Shown: positions 62,594-64,000 of the stretch, piece by piece
Position numbering within the stretch: position 1 is the first letter of the stretch
Layout: each line of letters starts with the position of its first letter
Assembly (NCBI GenBank): GCA_964346455.1
Contig: CAYFUX010000004.1
Location: 44,959 to 108,958, forward strand
Length of the DNA: 64,000 nucleotides
From: an uncultured Spirochaetaceae bacterium
GTDB taxonomy: Bacteria; Spirochaetota; Spirochaetia; DSM-16054; Sediminispirochaetaceae
Direction: 5' to 3'
Notes under the pieces: model-generated
What the model was told of the DNA's origin: nothing
Databases searched by the model: none
The model's input: only the letters and a program-made list of their open reading frames with translations
Made by a program: the position numbers and the translations under genes

Positions 62594-63478
62594 ATGAACA
62601 CCTGGAAGAGCAACTGGAAGGGGATCATTCTCTTTATGATCCCGATCGGGCTAATGTATACGACCTTCTTTATTTATCCCTTCGGCTTTGTCTTCTTTTC
62701 CAGTCTGACGGAATGGAACGGAATCAGCGCGATGGAGTTCCAGGGACTCTCCAACTACACGAAGCTGCTGCAGGCTTCGACTACTCAGATCGCCATTCGG
62801 AACAATATCTTCTGGGCTCTTTCCCTCGGATTTCTACAAGTGGGTTTTGCAGCTATTATTGCGTTTATTCTGGCGCGTAAGCCCCGCTTTTGGAAATCAT
62901 TGCGGACTATCTATTTTGTCCCCAAGGTTATCTCAATGGTGGCTATCGCGATGCTCTGGAAAGCGGTGTACAATGCCGAATTCGGAGCACTGAATGCGGT
63001 CCTTACCCTCTTCACCGGTCAGGAGTGGAGCCACAACTGGCTGGGGAGTTTCGGCACCGCCCTGCCGGCGATCATTGCCCAGGAGGTGATGTACATCGGC
63101 TACTTCATGATCATCATCGTGGCGGGGGTCATGTCGATTCCCAAAACGTTCTACGAAGCAGCCGAGATCGACGGAGCGTCGGTGCTGCAGCAGGAACGTC
63201 ATATAACGATTCCCATGGTGTGGGGCATCATCGTGACCGCCATGACGCTAGCTATGGCCTACGGTCTGCGGCACTTTGAGGCTACCTTTCTTATGACCGG
63301 CGGCGGTCCCGGTCACAGCACTACCACACTTGCCCTCACTATGTACGATAAAATCGGCGCCAGGAAGCTTGGAGAGGCGAGCACGTTGGGAACGATCCTC
63401 GTGATAGTCGGGTTTACGGTAATAGTGACGCTCAACCGGACCTTGGGGAAGAAAGGCCTCACCGGGGAAGATCAGTAA
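62594..63478 (+). CDS. sugar ABC transporter permease (MalF-like)
   Basis: EAA loop FYEAAEIDGASVLQQERHITIPMV. 294 aa. Confidence 0.9.
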   Translation: MNTWKSNWKGIILFMIPIGLMYTTFFIYPFGFVFFSSLTEWNGISAMEFQGLSNYTKLLQASTTQIAIRNNIFWALSLGFLQVGFAAIIAFILARKPRFWKSLRTIYFVPKVISMVAIAMLWKAVYNAEFGALNAVLTLFTGQEWSHNWLGSFGTALPAIIAQEVMYIGYFMIIIVAGVMSIPKTFYEAAEIDGASVLQQERHITIPMVWGIIVTAMTLAMAYGLRHFEATFLMTGGGPGHSTTTLALTMYDKIGARKLGEASTLGTILVIVGFTVIVTLNRTLGKKGLTGEDQ

Positions 63479-63487
63479 TTGGGAGAG

Positions 63488-64000
63488 ATGCGTACTATGA
63501 TACTTGAAAAGCTAAAATATATTACGGTCCACACGGTTAAATGGGCCTACCTACTATTTTTTCTTGCCGTGGCTCTTCTGCCCCTCATCTGGCTGTTCAT
63601 ATCTTCGTTCAAAACGGAGGCTGAGTTCAATACGCAGCCTCTCGGGCTTCCAGAGGTGTGGCAGTTTCAGAATTATATCAATGCGGTGAGCGTGGCCAAT
63701 ATGCATGTCCTGTTTATGAACTCGATCATTATTGCCACTACTGCGACGCTGCTCAATCTTTTGGTGACCTCAATGGGAGCGTTTGTAATAAGCCGCGAGC
63801 ACTTTCGTTTTCGGGACAGCATATCCAATGTGATCGTCAGCGGGGTGGTGATGCCTATCGTGGCATTTATGGTTCCGTACCTGGCGATTATTCGCACCTT
63901 GGGGCTGTATGATACTCGTATGGCATTGATTATTACCTATGCGGCCATTAATCTTCCTATCAGCTTTTTCCTTGTCAAAAGCTTTATGGTGGGAATACCG
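63488..64000 (+). CDS. sugar ABC transporter permease (MalG-like), 3' end outside the window
   Basis: Not in the ORF track because it runs off the window. My frame-2 translation is MRTMILEKLKYITVHTVKWAYLLFFLAVALLPLIWLFISSFK...LGLYDTRMALIITYAAINLPISFFLVKSF, open to nt 64000. The start is 63488 or 63497. Confidence 0.8.
   Translation, partial: MRTMILEKLKYITVHTVKWAYLLFFLAVALLPLIWLFISSFKTEAEFNTQPLGLPEVWQFQNYINAVSVANMHVLFMNSIIIATTATLLNLLVTSMGAFVISREHFRFRDSISNVIVSGVVMPIVAFMVPYLAIIRTLGLYDTRMALIITYAAINLPISFFLVKSFMVGIP

Noticed and set aside
1-64000. Search for tRNA, rRNA, CRISPR arrays, IS elements, integrases, toxin-antitoxin pairs, or restriction and other defence genes
   Set aside because: I could recognise none by eye in any intergenic region or ORF. 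The only repeats seen are the short ones listed. A covariance-model scan (tRNAscan or Infernal) and a defence-system HMM scan would be needed to exclude small or divergent elements.

Overview
This is a GC-rich, gene-dense chromosomal segment read by eye from the sequence and the ORF track, with no searches run. Content (FliS, SPOR and OmpA envelope proteins, two betaine-type osmoprotectant importers, many CUT1 sugar ABC systems, an [FeFe]-hydrogenase-like sensor) suggests a free-living, halotolerant, probably anaerobic bacterium; a spirochaete is only a guess. I support about 57 protein-coding genes and 5 gene relics. I recognised no rRNA, tRNA, CRISPR array, IS element or prophage. Many long antisense ORFs in the track are GC-driven shadows of conserved genes. 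Housekeeping genes: fliS (partial), polA, coaE, efp with epmA and an epmB-like gene, mnmA and topA. Main observations: (1) A 7-gene minus-strand operon (50930-58279) combines a split transketolase, an RpiB-like isomerase, a CoA-acylating aldehyde dehydrogenase, a divergent SucCD-like ADP-forming CoA ligase and a DASS anion carrier. It sits beside a ROK regulator, a DUF362 Fe-S protein and a sugar ABC importer cut by the window edge. This enzyme set matches the ATP-yielding, sulfoacetate-forming variant of the sulfoglycolytic transketolase pathway, with a succinate/succinate-semialdehyde route as the main alternative. (2) An exact 14-nt operator, TGCAACCGTGTGCA, occurs four times, each time locked onto a strong sigma70-like promoter. 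It ties a LacI-family regulator, two GH65 phosphorylases (one fused to beta-phosphoglucomutase) and a distant ABC importer into one predicted regulon. (3) An orphan triad of hydrogenase-like Fe-S sensor, HATPase kinase and DRTGG protein has no hydrogenase genes nearby. (4) An OmpA-domain protein carries an Hsp70 substrate-binding-like N-terminal domain. (5) A YehZYW-type importer has no ATPase gene and sits next to a glycerophosphodiesterase. (6) Several decayed genes (MscS, GGDEF, YnjB-like, Lon-like) occur with no visible mobile DNA.
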